Shown here piece by piece: positions 38,550 through 52,709 of a stretch of DNA of 64,000 bases. A program made the translations under genes and the position numbers. The notes below the pieces were generated by a model. The model ran no database searches. It had not been told where the DNA came from and worked only from the letters and a program-made list of their open reading frames with translations. The first letter of the stretch is position 1; each line of letters starts with the position of its first letter. The DNA is from Octopus sinensis (lineage: Eukaryota), in the NCBI RefSeq assembly GCF_006345805.1, contig NC_043007.1, positions 49,228,001 through 49,292,000 on the forward strand. Direction: 5' to 3'.

Positions 38550-39077
38550 GAAAAAACAAGTAAAAAATAGAAAATGCTAATGATTTTATAGTGAATCTTT
38601 CAGTACCGGTTTCGGTCATTTTGAGACCTTTTCAACTGTAACGATTAAATAATTAAATTTAGAAAATTAGAAGAAAAGTTTTTTTAAAAGAATATTTCTG
38701 TAGTAGTGTTCAGATATAAGTAGCATTCTGCTTTCTCTGACTCCCTTGTTTGCACTTGTGTTCGAGGTCGTTTTGAGTTCTTGGTAGGGTAGGTGAAGAA
38801 TAATGATGAGGCTGATGTGGAGAGGGGTGGGGAAATCTGGAATGCCTTAATGGTCGTATTTTGAATGGTCAGTGGCTGACAGTGGCTGACAGTAGTCGCA
38901 GTTCAATTCAGGAATTGTTTATGGAATTTGCGTAGGCGTTATCCTGAAGAGACATTAGTGACAATTATTAATTATTTAATCGTTACAGTTGAAAAGGTCT
39001 CAAAATGACCGAAACCGATACTGAAAGATTCACTATAAATCATCTTAGCATTTTCTATTTTTTGACTTGTTTTTTTC
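38550..39077. mobile_element. MITE with about 100-bp TIRs, TA-flanked
   Basis: GAAAAAACAAG..ATGCTAA..GGTCATTTTGAGACCTTTTCAACTGTAACGATTAAATAATT mirrored at 38960..39077. Confidence 0.85.
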
Positions 39078-39769
39078 ATATATATCAACTCGTTGTTCCT
39101 TTCCACCCTTATACATATATATATAATATATAATATATATAGTACGTTTAAAGATTTGTTGTGCAAGATGTTTTATGTGAAGTCGTGTGTTGAAACAGAT
39201 ATTGTTATATTTCGGAATGGTCATTTTGCCAGTTTAGCCAATACAAACACACGCACTATATATTTGGTGTTATTTCGCTTCAGTGTTATTTATTTTTTAC
39301 ATTAATCTTAATCTTATTTCGGCCAGAGTTCTTTCGTCACACTCCTGTGACCGGATCAGTGGTCCTTTGTTTTCTTCTTTCTTATTTGTGTCTCTCCTTA
39401 CTAACGTCAGCCATTTTGTTTTCTATTGTGTCTTCATTTGCGCATGCTTATATCTCTATGTGCGTCTATGTTTATTTAGTGTGTGTATGTGGGGGGATGC
39501 ATGTAATATTTGTATCTTCTGTTTATATACGTTCATGTAATTTGTATTTTGTTTTTGTTTGTTGTTTTCGTTTATTCTTATTTTGTTCGTGTTTACATCC
39601 ACTTATTATATCATTACATATGCTTGTATGTATAACAACAATACTAGTAATAATAATAATAATAAATCGAATCGAAAAAAGATATATATATATATATATA
39701 TAGTTATTTATCTGTGTATTTATTATGTTTTCGGGATCCTCTATCGTCATATGTTGTGGTGTGTGCTAG

Positions 39770-40995
39770 TACTCCATTCTAGTTTTCTAATCAGGCTAGG
39801 TTTATTTTCTATTATGTGTGTAGCTTCTGTAATTCGACTGAATGTTGCATCTGTTGTATGTGTGGACAATATTTTAATTTCTATATTGCTGATTGATCCC
39901 CCGTGTTCCTGTTCGGCGTGTTGGTACAGAATCGATGAGCTTTTACCTTCCTTGAGTTGTCTCCAATGACCATTTACCCGCTCTCCTATGCTTCTTGCCG
40001 TTTCCCCTACGTATGTCGTTGTCTTGTTACTGCATCGTCCCTCTATACATCTTATACTATAGACTACATTTCTGGCTTTACAGTTTGTGGGCTAAATCTA
40101 CATATAGTACAGTACTTATCCGTACAGGGGGTTCTACTAAAAGGATAGGTTCTACCAATTATAGATTTGATAGGGTTGCCTGGCTTTTCAACAACCTTAA
40201 TTCTTAACTTAAGTTTGTCTAGGGTCCTTCTAAAGCGGTACACCAGTTCACCTCCAGGGGTGGTGTCAATGAACATGACACTGGTATTTATGGCTATCAT
40301 ACCAAGAGTTGGCCTTCCCTATGTTCTTCTTTGTCCTTTCTATAGTGTTCCATGACTTGTTCCTATAGAGAGGGCAAATCCCATTCCTATCATTACATAA
40401 TATATTATCAAATTTCTTCATGGCTCCTTTGTATACTCTGATCCTTTCTTTATGGCTATAACCTGAGAACTGCATGCGGTGAATGAAATATTGTATGTGT
40501 CTCTTTAACTCTGTGGGCTCGCACATGCGTGACACATTTTTCATTATTCTGACGAGGTCTGCCATCAACATATTGAATTTGGCATTGTCCGCAATGGCTG
40601 AGTTCCGGTGGATCAAGTATTTTGAGGCCATAGGTTTGGCATAGTATGAATGATTTGGGTTTTATTATTCACAATTTCTAGCCAGAGTTCAGTGTCTAGT
40701 ACTGGTAGTCTATGGTTGGGTTGTTTAGTGGGGTAGTCTATTGTGACCTTAATACTCTGGTGGATGGAGTTAGCTATTTGTTGGATGCTCTCCATAGTAT
40801 TAGTTTCTATTACTATATCAACATTATTCTCTTGTGGGGGTGCTTTTACCACTATGTTGATATCATCAACATAGCGAGAGTACATGTTTACGAGTATGGA
40901 GTTCTGTGTTAGGCGTTCTTTAAGCCTTCTGTCCCACCATACCATGAAAAGGTTGGCCACATCATCGCTGGTGATGTGGCCAAACTTTTCATGCT
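39770..40995 (-). mobile_element. Penelope-like element (RT motif C to GIY-YIG), 5'-truncated
   Basis: YSRYVDDI, LPVLD, KVVEKPG, YVGETARSIGERV..H, ITEA..I..KP.L..K.EW. Confidence 0.85.
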
Positions 40996-41945
40996 GCATT
41001 ATCTGGGAAACACTTTCCTTTCAAAAACAACTTCATGGCTGGGAAGAGGTGAAAATCAGAGGGTGCAAGGTCAGGAGAGAAGGGGGGATGGGGGAGGAGT
41101 TCATAGCCGCACGCCTGTGTTTCTGATCTGGCAACATGCGAGTTGTGGACCGGAGCGTTGTCCTGCAGGAGGAGGATGCCTTTGCTGATCTTGCCCCGCC
41201 TCTTGTTTTGATGGCTTCTCTTAATTTCTTCAAAAGTGAATCATAATAGGCTCCTGTAATTGTGGTACCCTTTGCCAGGAAATCTGTCATCACTAATCCG
41301 TCCTGGTCCCAGAAGACTGTGAGCATGACCTTGCCAGCGGAGGGCTGCACCCTTGCCTTCTTGGAGGAGGTGAGTCACAGTGCTTCCACTGCATTGACTG
41401 GGCTTTGGTCTCTGGATCATAGTAATGGACCCAGATTTCATCCTGTGTAATCAGTCGTTTGAAAAATTTTGATTCATCTTCTTGGCACATCTCCAAATTC
41501 ATCCTCGAGCACTCGGCCGTACTTGCTTCTGGAAAGGTGTGAGCAACCTGGGAATCCATCTGGCAGATACCTTTTGCATATGCAAATGGTCATAAATGAT
41601 AGTTTCCACAGACCCGGTACTAATCTTGACCTCATGGGCTATTTGGCGAATAGTTATGCGTCGATCTTCCAAAATGGCAACCTCAACTTGACGGACAGAT
41701 GCCTCATCAATGGCAGAAGGGGGGCGACCAGATCTGGGAGCTGTTTCCACAGAGTTCCGACCATGTTTGAATTCACGATGCCAGCGCTTTACAAGGTCAG
41801 ATGATGGGGCATCATCACCATAAGTTACTTTCATTTCATCAAAAGTCTCCCGTGGTGTGCGTCCTTTCAAATACAAAAACCGGATCACTGCTCGACACTC
41901 AACAGGCTCCATTTCACACTTGACTCAGTTCAAACACCTGTAAAG
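40995..41945 (-). mobile_element. mariner transposase, frameshifted and 3'-truncated
   Basis: RAVIRFL, PRSGRP, WIPRLL, TQDEIWVHYYDPETK, LQDNAP, PDLAPSDFHLF. Confidence 0.92.
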
Positions 41946-43479
41946 AATGTTCGAAGGCTTAGGAAAGAATTTCGCTATTGAAGTGGAGTGCACGTTAAGC
42001 TAATTGTTCAAACCACAGTGATTATCCTTATCATTTATATGAGTAGAAAGTATGTTTCTGCCAGTGTTTACATTTGTATGATTTTTCTATGAGTGTGTTT
42101 ACAAGGGGAATCTTAGAGAAGAGAATATGGAAGAGTTCAGATTCTCTAAGGTTCCAATTGTAAACACACTCATAGAAAAATCATACAACGTACCCTTCCC
42201 TCTCCACTTATTCCCTACCTATTATTCCTTTAACCCTTCTCTTCCTACTATCTATCTTTGACGTCAATTCTTCTAACGGTTTTTTTTTAAAAACACTCAT
42301 TATCGTTTTGTTTACCATGTAGGCAGTCATCGAAATTTTTGTTTGTCTTGTTGTCGAGAGAGGCTCCCTTTCTTTCCCGATGAGAAGATTGCATAATGCA
42401 CCCTTTATTCCTTTGGAATGAAACCATGTTGTCTTCGAAACATATGTCGAGAGTAAAGGAATTTTGCTAACATCTTCGTTCGACCCCTTTCTTTCATTTA
42501 TTCATATATATATATATACACACACATATATATACACACACATATATATACACACACACACGCTTGTGGGACAGGTGTAAATTCCACGGAAGGAAAAAAT
42601 TAAGAGGACCTATTTAAGAAAGAAAGGATGATTTAGATTTTTACAGCATTCATTGTTCAGCTTTCTTTTAATATTCTTGACGTTCGTCTACATCCATTTC
42701 CTCATGGCTCCGTTGTTTTTTCTTTTTATTTTATCTTCTCGCTGTTTCTCTCTGGTCCGTGCTCTATACCTACACATCCTTTCTCGGGCAGCTTGCAACC
42801 CTATTTCATATGTATCCTGAGTTTAGGCTAATTTAACACATATAGATATAAATATCAGTTTTTTCAGAGAGTAGACGATAACTAATTGCACTTATGCGTG
42901 GGCATTAAGTGATGGTCGCTATAAAAAATATTAGTTCAAAAAGGAAAAAAATACTTTCCTCTAACAACACACCATCACCACCATCACCGCTATCTCTCCC
43001 TCCTCTCTCTTCTCTCTCTCAATATAACTGACCCCCCCTTGTTCATCTTTATCTATCATTCTCTACTTTTTAACCACGTAATAAATGTTCCTCCCCCAAC
43101 CCACCACACGTCGTTTACACTTCCCTCTCATACTTTTTCTCTCGTCATTCTTTTCTCTCGTTCTTCGCCTCTACCTTCAGCTGACCCCGTGACTATTTGG
43201 TCTGTGTGTAGTGATATTAATCACCTTCCTCTACTTCTTCCTCTCTTCTTTCTTCACCCCTCCCGCTCTCTCTCACTCTTACTCCACCACTCACTTACTC
43301 CACCTCTTTAATTAACTAATGTATAACGGGCGAACGAACAAACAAATTATATGTGTGTGTGTGTGTATATTGTTTTGACAACCTATATAACACTATTTTG
43401 CCGCGCTTTACACATATTTATATTTCACTTGTAGTCCTCCCATTCCTTCAGCACCACTTCACATTCTTATTGTGTTATT

Positions 43480-44560
43480 TCGTCCTCAATGTTCAAGTTG
43501 TAGCCCAGGAAAAAATAAAGTCTGTCCTTGTGATTTATTTACAGACATAGAAAAACTGAGTTTTATTGGCTGTCGCAGCCCTTTTAATGCAAAAGAATTT
43601 CTGTGTCGGATGGTATTAAGGGTATTCTGGGTATAAGAATATCTCCCATGGAATAACCAGTTAAAATAGTGGTCTAAATAATATCGGGCGTTGACTTTTA
43701 GCACCGTCTAGTACCATCACACAACCGAGGCTGGTTAAGGTTCCATGATAGCATAATGATGGTTCTTACTTTCAACAGAAGTCGGTTTTGTGGGAGTCCA
43801 AGAGGTTCCAAAACTTTAAGAATTCAACAGGATAGTTGACAACCACAGAAGGATGTGAAAGTGAATATAAATATTTTGACTGGAGACCTACAGTTGTTAT
43901 ACATATTGCAAACAGTGACATGAGATTGGAATACTCATTCTTCCTCAAAGAGCATCGGGAGCGTTTGTAAAGTGAAATGGTTTCAGCCAAGATCCTAGCT
44001 TCCACTCACCAGCGTGTTTTGATCGCGACCGACATTTTCATGATTTATGATGTTCGCTTGTTGTATAAACGAGCGTTTCAGTAATTTGTTGTGCTGAGTT
44101 CAATTCCACCAAATGGGAATGGAAAACTGAGTAATTGGAAAGCCCTTTCACTGTTGTGTCTTAGAAAGGAGTTTCCATTTGACTCAGTCACTCGATAAAC
44201 TATGCTGCATGGTCCAGAAATCGCAACTCAAAAGTTGATACAGGAAGTTGTGATAACTGTTTGTTCAAAAATTGCATTCTGTGGTAAATTCGTCACAATA
44301 AATTCGTCAATATAATCCAGCAAAGGAAAATATAAGTGATTAGTGCACTAGTTAGAATTATCAGCGTAATCTCCCTCAATCTTCACAAAATACCTTTTGA
44401 AAATGGCAAGCAGACATTGGAAAATGAGATTCTGGATGCAATGGTGAAAAAGGGAAAACCACTGAATATTCGTGGTTTGATTATCATCCATCATTGATTT
44501 GTATGATTGCCCAGGACCAACATAAACAATAATTACCATGAACAAGGCGTCTTGTTCGTC
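43480..44560 (-). mobile_element. Helitron RepHel PIF1-helicase remnant
   Basis: YPVEFL..NLNQPRLCDGTR..IPRIPLIP..PIKLSFSMSVNKSQGQTL across frames. Confidence 0.8.
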
Positions 44561-44623
44561 TCGAGACAGTTTCTATAAAAGAAAATCTCTTTAATTAATG
44601 ATTGTTGGATTGTCTTTTAACAG

Positions 44624-44696
44624 GAATGCTGGAATGGGTATAGCCTCAGCTACAGCACGTATCGGTGGCGTGTTCTCTCCTTACACAAGAATGCTG
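44624..44696 (+). CDS. SLC22-family transporter exon (TM11)
   Basis: ttaacag/G AAT..CTG/gtaagt; (R)NAGMGIASATARIGGVFSPYTRML. Confidence 0.93.
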
Positions 44697-46211
44697 GTAA
44701 GTAAAATGTTTTCTTAAGCTATAACTTAATATATATGCACACACGTACACACTATCTCACTCACTCTCTCTCTCTCACTGACACACGCACACACATGCAT
44801 GCATTTATAATAATTTTTGCTATGCAGGTATATTGTTCTGAGTATGTTTTAATATGATACTTCTCTTAACTGCTAGATGATCTCGCTGAAGTCTCAATTG
44901 CTTGACGAGTAAAATTTTACTTTTTGCTATGAAGGCAGAAGAGACAATTCGTTTGAGACTAAGCTATCAGCGTCAGGGATATGATGTTGCAGACATACAG
45001 TAAGGTAACCTCAGTGGTGTACAGATTTCTAAATCTAAATCTAGCAAAACTGAATTTGGAGATGCCCACTTCCTCGAAATAATCGAGTTGTAGCAATCAG
45101 AAAATTTCCCTTCTCTCAACATAGGACGACAGCTTCAGGAATTCTTAGCAATCATCAATTTCTGCCATTGATTTATAGAAAAGCAACTCTCAGAAATAAA
45201 AAGACGGCTACATTCTCTTTCTACAGCAGAAATATTGAATACTAACGAAATCATTTGATTGAATAAAGATGCAACGGTTTTTCCCACTATTAAGTAAGCT
45301 CCTCCAATTAGATCGTTATATCACTTAAAAAATATTGCAATAACGATTAATTTATTGCAGTAGAATGGGTTTTAAAACAAGCACCGTCGAGGCGGCAAAG
45401 ACTTTTCTCGGAAATTCAGCTCTGTGGAAACTGAATGTAGTACACGTGACCATGGATTGCTAACGATTTGCCTTTCTTTGTGCCGTTTACATTTTTTTGC
45501 AGTGACGACCCTCCCAAATGTTGAGAGAGCACAAACCATTCATGTTCTGCCCTCCCTGCTGCTTCTAATTTGCCATACAAAAACGAATGTGACAACTGAC
45601 CGACGTCAATGAATTTACCACAGTCATGTTCGATCTCAAGCATACCGACAACCCTGTTGGTGATTCTCTGATAGGTGTCAGTGCAATCGCTAGACGGGTG
45701 ATTGTACTTCATGCAATGAGACCAGCTCAGACTAACGACCAGGAACGTCAAAGCCATTCATTCTCACTCCATTTACTACCTACATAATTGACATGGTTCT
45801 GTGTTACTAGCAAATCAGTCCAATCCGTATACCCCAACTATCAGTCGTAACGTAATCTTCATTGTCCTTAATTTTCCTACATACCCAGGAACCCATGATA
45901 TATAATGACTGACTGACCAGTGTGATTGATCATGTACTTGTTAGGCTTTCGATTTAATGTTTTACCAGCCGACATGCTAAGGCCCAACATTTCACTATAT
46001 ACATTCATAAGCCAACGGTTCGCCTTCAAAACGCCTACTTTGTTAACTGACTGCTTTTTTTCTTCATGGTATTACTTTAGTATTTAAGCACAGTCAAACA
46101 AGCGATGACTGCTCGCATTAACTCTGAACAAAAAGCTAGCTGTTAAACAGTGCTTATCCATATTTGTTTCTTGTCCTTCCTGTTAATTATCGTACACATC
46201 GTCACCATTAT

Positions 46212-46287
<76 letters not shown>

Positions 46288-46382
46288 ACACACACACACA
46301 CACAAACATATGCATGCATATACGCATATATATATGCATATATATATACATATATATATAATTTGTAAATTTTTTTTTTCAG

Positions 46383-46589
46383 GCTGCGCGTGTTGTTTGG
46401 GGCCCAGCACTTGTATTTGGTGCTGGTTGTTTCATTGCATCGAGCTTGTTATTGACTCTTCCTGAAACGCATAATAAACAACTACCACAGCATTTGGATG
46501 AAATACTGAGCTCCAAACGGGAGCGCGGTAAAGGAGAAGGTGCAAAGAAGAGGAAAAATATAAATTCCAAAAGTAAAGAAGAAATTTAA
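46383..46589 (+). CDS. SLC22-family transporter terminal exon (TM12, LPET motif)
   Basis: poly-T cag/GCT..; AARVVWGPALVFG..LTLPETHNKQLPQHLDE..EEI*; AATAAA overlaps the stop at 46588-46593. Confidence 0.9.
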   Translation, partial: AARVVWGPALVFGAGCFIASSLLLTLPETHNKQLPQHLDEILSSKRERGKGEGAKKRKNINSKSKEEI

Positions 46590-48424
46590 TAAAACAATAT
46601 TTTATTTTACTTGTCTCTGAAGTTATCTTTAAACATGACTGTTTATTTTTCATTTACTATTTCTCTCGCTTTCACTCTGTTCTCCCTTTGTTCATATATG
46701 TGTGTGCGTGTGCGTGTGTGCGTGCGCATGTGTGTATGTGTATGCAAACATAATAATATATATACACACATATATGTATGCCTATAAGACAAAATACAGT
46801 ATTACAACATGCGTTCATTATATACACGCTGTGCTTATAACACAACTCTGTTCATCAAAATATAAAAACGATGCAAACGCAATCATTTTTCCAGAAGTAT
46901 TTTGCCTCTCTCTAATGACAAAGATTGTATGTACGCAAACTTCGCCCAGAAAATCTTTTTGCGCAGAATTCAAGATTTTAAATCGCTTTAAATGTACATA
47001 ACGTCGCTTAAATGCATGGCTATTTTTCAAAGCACCTCAATAGTGATTTATGGAAGCGTTTCAAAATGTTTAGTGTACACACTAAATATAATTTGAAAAT
47101 GAAGAGAAAATATAGAATTTGAACCGACAGCGTTCTCATTCTATGTGTCTTCTTAAGCGTGAAAATCTCAAAGATTTTGGAGGTTCACAAATGAATAAAA
47201 ATTAATGCACACACACGCATAACTCATTATCACAAAAACCAGAACATAAACAAATTGTTGCTGTGCAAAAACGTTAGAAAAAGTTGATAAACAATGTAAA
47301 ATGCCAAAACTTCAAAAAGTTAGCAGCTTTAAAATCCAAAACATTTCATTTCACTGAGAAGTTCGAAAAATATTTATCACTCATCATCCATTAACAGGCT
47401 ACGGAATACCGAGCAAGTATTTCGATGTGGGTCTGGAGGAAACCAAAATTATTCTGAAAAAGAATGATGTAATACTCGCTCAAACGGATATTACATAAAA
47501 TTGTGCGTGAAGACTATCTTTATATAGATTATCTCTTTCTAAAACAGACTAGTGTTCTTTAAAGTGAGCTAAGTCGGATTTCTTCAAAAGCAGAATATTC
47601 CCGGCCAGACTTGTGTTCAAATATTTAAAAAAGTTCGTAAATTCTTAAAGCAAGTAGAATCTTGTTTTAAAAGCATCTTCTGTTAATCCGATACATATTT
47701 TCTACATCAGGTTACTATCAATCTGTACATTTGCATTGTAGACTCTCCCTTTAGTCAGGTAATTACTTCGAAAGGATAGTTGTTGACACTTAAAAATTAG
47801 ATGTTGCTTGCTTAATATTAACTTCGGAGAGCCTTTCAGCATTTGATTGATTAACACAAAACGCAAATTTCTTCAAGAATAGTCATCTTTTAATGATCAA
47901 TAAAACGTTTGGTTTTCATCAATCACAGCGAAATTTTTATTTTTCCAAATCTCTCCTTTCTCTCCTGCAATTGTACAACTTGCTTATTTTTACCCGCAAA
48001 TATGTGTGCATCTGTGTATCTATGAAACTGTGCGTCTGTGCCTGTGTGTCTGTCTATGTCCTTTTATGTATGTATCTGTACATTTGTCTGTGTGTGTATG
48101 CACGCGCGTGTCTATGTATCTGTGTGTCTGAGTGTCTGTGTGTTTGTCCGTGTATCTGCGCGTCTCCCGGGAGCTGTTCACAATTCGTGCTTGGGTGTGA
48201 TCCCATGTTTTCATAAGGTATAGGTACATTGGTTTTCTCTTCTCATTGGCTTTTGTAAACCTCTGAGCAAGTATGGACCCATTTCGATGCACAAAATATT
48301 CATAGGTTTTTGATCTTTCAGGAAAATATTTTTCTACTGAGCAAATCATTACCAAAAGACAATTTATTGTTGCTCGTGTTTAAACCCGAAAGCCATACGC
48401 AATTGAATACTGTTGTTGTTGTTG

Positions 48425-50145
48425 TACCTAGAAAGGTTTCCAGACGCCTAAAGAAATGTGGCCGTTTGGCTCCAGTAGGGGCGTAGACGACCACCACACT
48501 AAAGACACTACCTACACTATTTCTCACGTTTAGGACCCCCAACTTCCCGTCCGGGTCCCGGAAGATGACCTAACCTCGAAATTCAGTTCTTTCCTAAATA
48601 GCACTACCACTCCACTTCCCATAACCATCCAACTAACAGATGCAAAGATCTGACAGTCGTCGAACATGGGGCCAGTGCGCATGTATTGGAAATCCTGGTC
48701 CCACTGACAGCACTTATATCCAATTCTAAAGACTTGAGGTCGTTGAGCAAGTGCCCTTGCTTTCAGGGCGACCCCAGGCCTCGAACATTTAAAATTCCTA
48801 CACTTAATATGGCCATGTTGGCAATCTAAAGAGAGAAGGGAAAGGTTTACTTACCTCCTGACGTCTTGTGAAGGTCAGGTGGTTCGATTTCCATAATGAG
48901 AAGGGGATTTTTGGGAACCCCTTTAAGAGCTTTGATGTGGGTCTCACGTTCGGGGTTCCCACGTCCCTCGGAAAGCTCTCTCGAATTTTTGTCCCGACAT
49001 AGGCAGCTATAGAGGCCTTTGACCCCTTGCACCTTTTACCACATGGGGCAGCGAACTCGCAAATGAGTAGCTTTTTCACACACGAAACAATGCAGCCTTT
49101 TGCCCTCGGTTGTTGTGTTCTGGAGACGGATGTAGTCCAGGATTTTTTTATGTTTTCGGGTCTGATCTGGAGAGGTATCTCCAGGTCAACGCCGGACCAG
49201 TCCTCCCTTGTAGTTCTTGTCACTTCTATCGGGACAGTATCCGTCCCCTCCACAATTACGCATCCCAGAAGCCACCAACTATCAAGCCTCTCTTTTCGTC
49301 TCTGCTGAGATGTACCATTCTTTTCTCCACTGCTCCAATTGCCTCTAACGGATAAGTAAGTTTGGCCCATGACTTTTCTTGTTTGATTAGTTTCCATGCT
49401 TGCGTTAACATTTCGTCCCTGTTTGTGAGGTTCACGGTAAAGCGTTGCTTCTTTTTCGCTTCTGCTGCCGCGAACGTGCTTTTGCTGTTGGTAATGTTCT
49501 CGTCGTTATTGTTGTTGCTGTTGCTGTTGCTGCTGCCGTTATTGTTGCTGTCGCTGTTTTTACCGATGTTGTTAGTGTTGGTTTTATTGTTGTTGTTGTT
49601 TTGTTGTTTTGCTATCGTTGCTGCTGTTGCTACCATTGTTACGGTGATGTTGCTGTCATTTTCGTTGTTGTTGTTGCTATCACTACTACTATTGCTGCTT
49701 CTGCTGTTGTTATTGTTGAGGCTGCTGCTTTAGTATCTGCTACCGCTGTTGCTGTAACTGTTACTACCGCTGTGGTGGACGTTGTACTGTAATTGTCTCG
49801 TTTTTCTACTCCCCTTCTCCTGTTGATAGTAACGGAGGGAAGGGGATGGAAATCTTCAGTAGCCACCGGATTTCTTCTCTCTCAACTCTTTCAAGACGCG
49901 CCCCGCCATCTTTTTGAGTTGTGCTTGATTAAATTAAATTAAACGCCCACAGAACATATTAGGTGGGCCGAGTATAACTCCTGGAGGGCTAAACAATCGT
50001 AGAACACCTGTAACAGGTTCCTGGTATTTCTATTGATAACTTGGAATAAAGCAAATAATGGAAATAAGCACCAAACCGGTGTAAACAAGTGTCTTATGGT
50101 GCACCAATATGGTAAGTTTGAAAACACATCTTATGTATTCTGCAG

Positions 50146-50147
<2 letters not shown>
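48425..50147 (-). mobile_element. Tx1-like LINE, 5' portion (5' UTR, decayed ORF1, start of APE), related subfamily
   Basis: EDFHPLPS in ORF1; ORF2 start at 48816 MAILSVGILNVRGLGSP*KQGHLLNDL; VYAPTG..FFRRLETFLGT; the 5' boundary at 50147 is inferred. Confidence 0.8.
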
Positions 50148-50207
<60 letters not shown>

Positions 50208-50259
50208 TATTATTATTATTATTATTATTATGATAGTAATAATAATAATAATAAGTTCA

Positions 50260-52709
50260 AACTGATAAAGAAATAAAAGCAAAACTCAGAAATAAAAGTC
50301 AAAGCTTGAAAAAAAATACATCAGCTTACTGATAGATATTACAAACCCTTCAGACAAAAATATTGCTAAAAAAGAAGTGGAGAAATTGTCAAAGTACAAA
50401 GACCACGAAATCGAAGATTTCAAGATGTGGGGCATGAATACAAAAACAATACCAGTAATAATTAGTGCATTGGGTATGAACAAAAGCGTAGAAGCTACAC
50501 CCGGATCCTCAACACAGTACACTATCCAAAAATAGCCCTGCTAGGAACAGTCTACATCCTACGCAAGACACTATCAATTCAATAAATACAGCCCAAACAA
50601 AACTATCTACGAACAAAACAATCCAGAAACACAAGACACACTCTATACAGTAAATATCGAATAAACTAAACGACTCCTATAGCATGTATTCTACAGACTG
50701 GATACCCAACAGAGGAACACATTTCGCATTACACACAACACGCAATACAAACACTAATACAACTAAAGACTGCAACCAGGCGAAATCAATGAGTATAATC
50801 AAATAATTAAAAGCCACAGACCTCAGTGTGGATCACCGACTGTACCTCTCCAAAATTAAAGTTGATAATAAGACAACATCAATAATAAATAACATGAACC
50901 TGGCCGTCACAGAACCAATAGCCACAGAAACAAATGTTAAATGATATAGCATATGCAGCAGCTTCTATGACCACGAAAGAAGCTGGATACCCCCTCAAAC
51001 CCATCTAAAGTGGAATATCAACATTCAGAAAATCCTGTGGCTAAATAATATCCAGAAAAATATAAAATAAAAGAAAGGATCTGTCAAACGTTAACGAAAC
51101 TAGCAGTCAAACAACATTACTAGAAGAGTAGAAAACACTACGGAAATTACAGAACATGATATACCTGAGATAAGAGAACAGCTAATGCTAGATATCCTCG
51201 CCAAAGCACAAAGAAACCACCGGTATAAGAAACGCCAACGTTTCTTTGAACAAAACGAACAGTTCAACTTCAATCCCAAAGAATTCTGCCAAGAACTTGG
51301 CAAAAATAAAATAGAGATTGTTAAACAATTCAGTGATGACATCAGGATGCAATTTGGCCTAGATAAATGCTCAAAAGCTACATTTATCAAAGGAGAAATG
51401 ACAGAAACATCCAATGTTAATCTTGACCAGCGGAATGTCATAAAGGAGTTAGAAACCGCGGAGAGCTACAAATACTTAAGGGTATTTGAAGGGAACGGAA
51501 TCAAACATTCAGTGATGAGGGGAAGGATCAGAAGAGAATGTTATCGTAGAGTAAGGGCAATACTCAAGACAGAGCTGAATGCAAGAAACAGAATCGAAGT
51601 GATCAATACTTTAGCCATACCGGTCATGACTTACAGTTTCAATATCATTTACTGCTCAATTACTGAAATATGTATTCTTGACAGAAAAATACGAAATTGT
51701 TGACAATGCATAGAATGCACCACCCTAAGGCAGATATAGAACGACTTTACCTGCCAAGAAAAGAGGGTAGCCGTGGAGTTTTCACAAAACAGACACAAGA
51801 ATATCTGAGTGAATTCCAAATGCAACAAATCAATGGTTAGTGTCTTCTGGCTAAAATCGGAAACAGAAGGGTTTATCATAGCAGCCTAAGATCAATGCCT
51901 ACCGACAAGTAACTACCAGGCCAACATACTGAAGAACGGAAGTAGCCCAACGTGTTGTGTATGTCAACAACAAAATGCAACCAATGATCATGTTATTTCC
52001 ATTTGCAGTCTTCTTGCGCCTACAGATTATCTCAACAGGTATAATAGAGCTGCACAATATATTCACTGGGTAATTTGCAAAAATCTGAACCTGCTAAATG
52101 ATAAAAATTGGTGGGAACACAAACCACTTCCAGTACTTAAAAATGATTACAGCTTACTCCTCTGGAACTTCACCGTTCGAACTGACAGAAAGATTGATGC
52201 AAATAGGCCAGACGTTATAATGAAAGACTTCAGACAAAATCATGCCATCCCATTGATATGACTGACCCAATCATTATAAATGTATCAGGCAAGACCTACC
52301 AAAAAACTGAGCAAGTATAAAGATCTTGAACTGGAAATTGACAATATGTGGAACCTCAAGACTAAAACAATACCTGTTGTCATATGTACCCTAGGAATGA
52401 TAGCAAAAGGGACTGATTGCTACCTGGCTCAGATACCAGGAAAACCCAAAATGGCTGAAATTCAAAAGATCGTGCTCACTGGAACTGCCTATATCCTACA
52501 TAAAATACTCTCTATGTAATATAAAATTTTTTAACATGCCTACAATTGTCTTATGTTTTCTTAAACATTCTCTAGAACAATTCTATGTGCAAAGCCAAAT
52601 ATATGACACCTTAGGCATAATACCAACTTGTACTTCTTACTTGTTTTCTCTTGAGATCTGTGGGTGAGATTTGGAGTCAACTTGTACAAATACAAAGCAA
52701 AAGTGAAAC

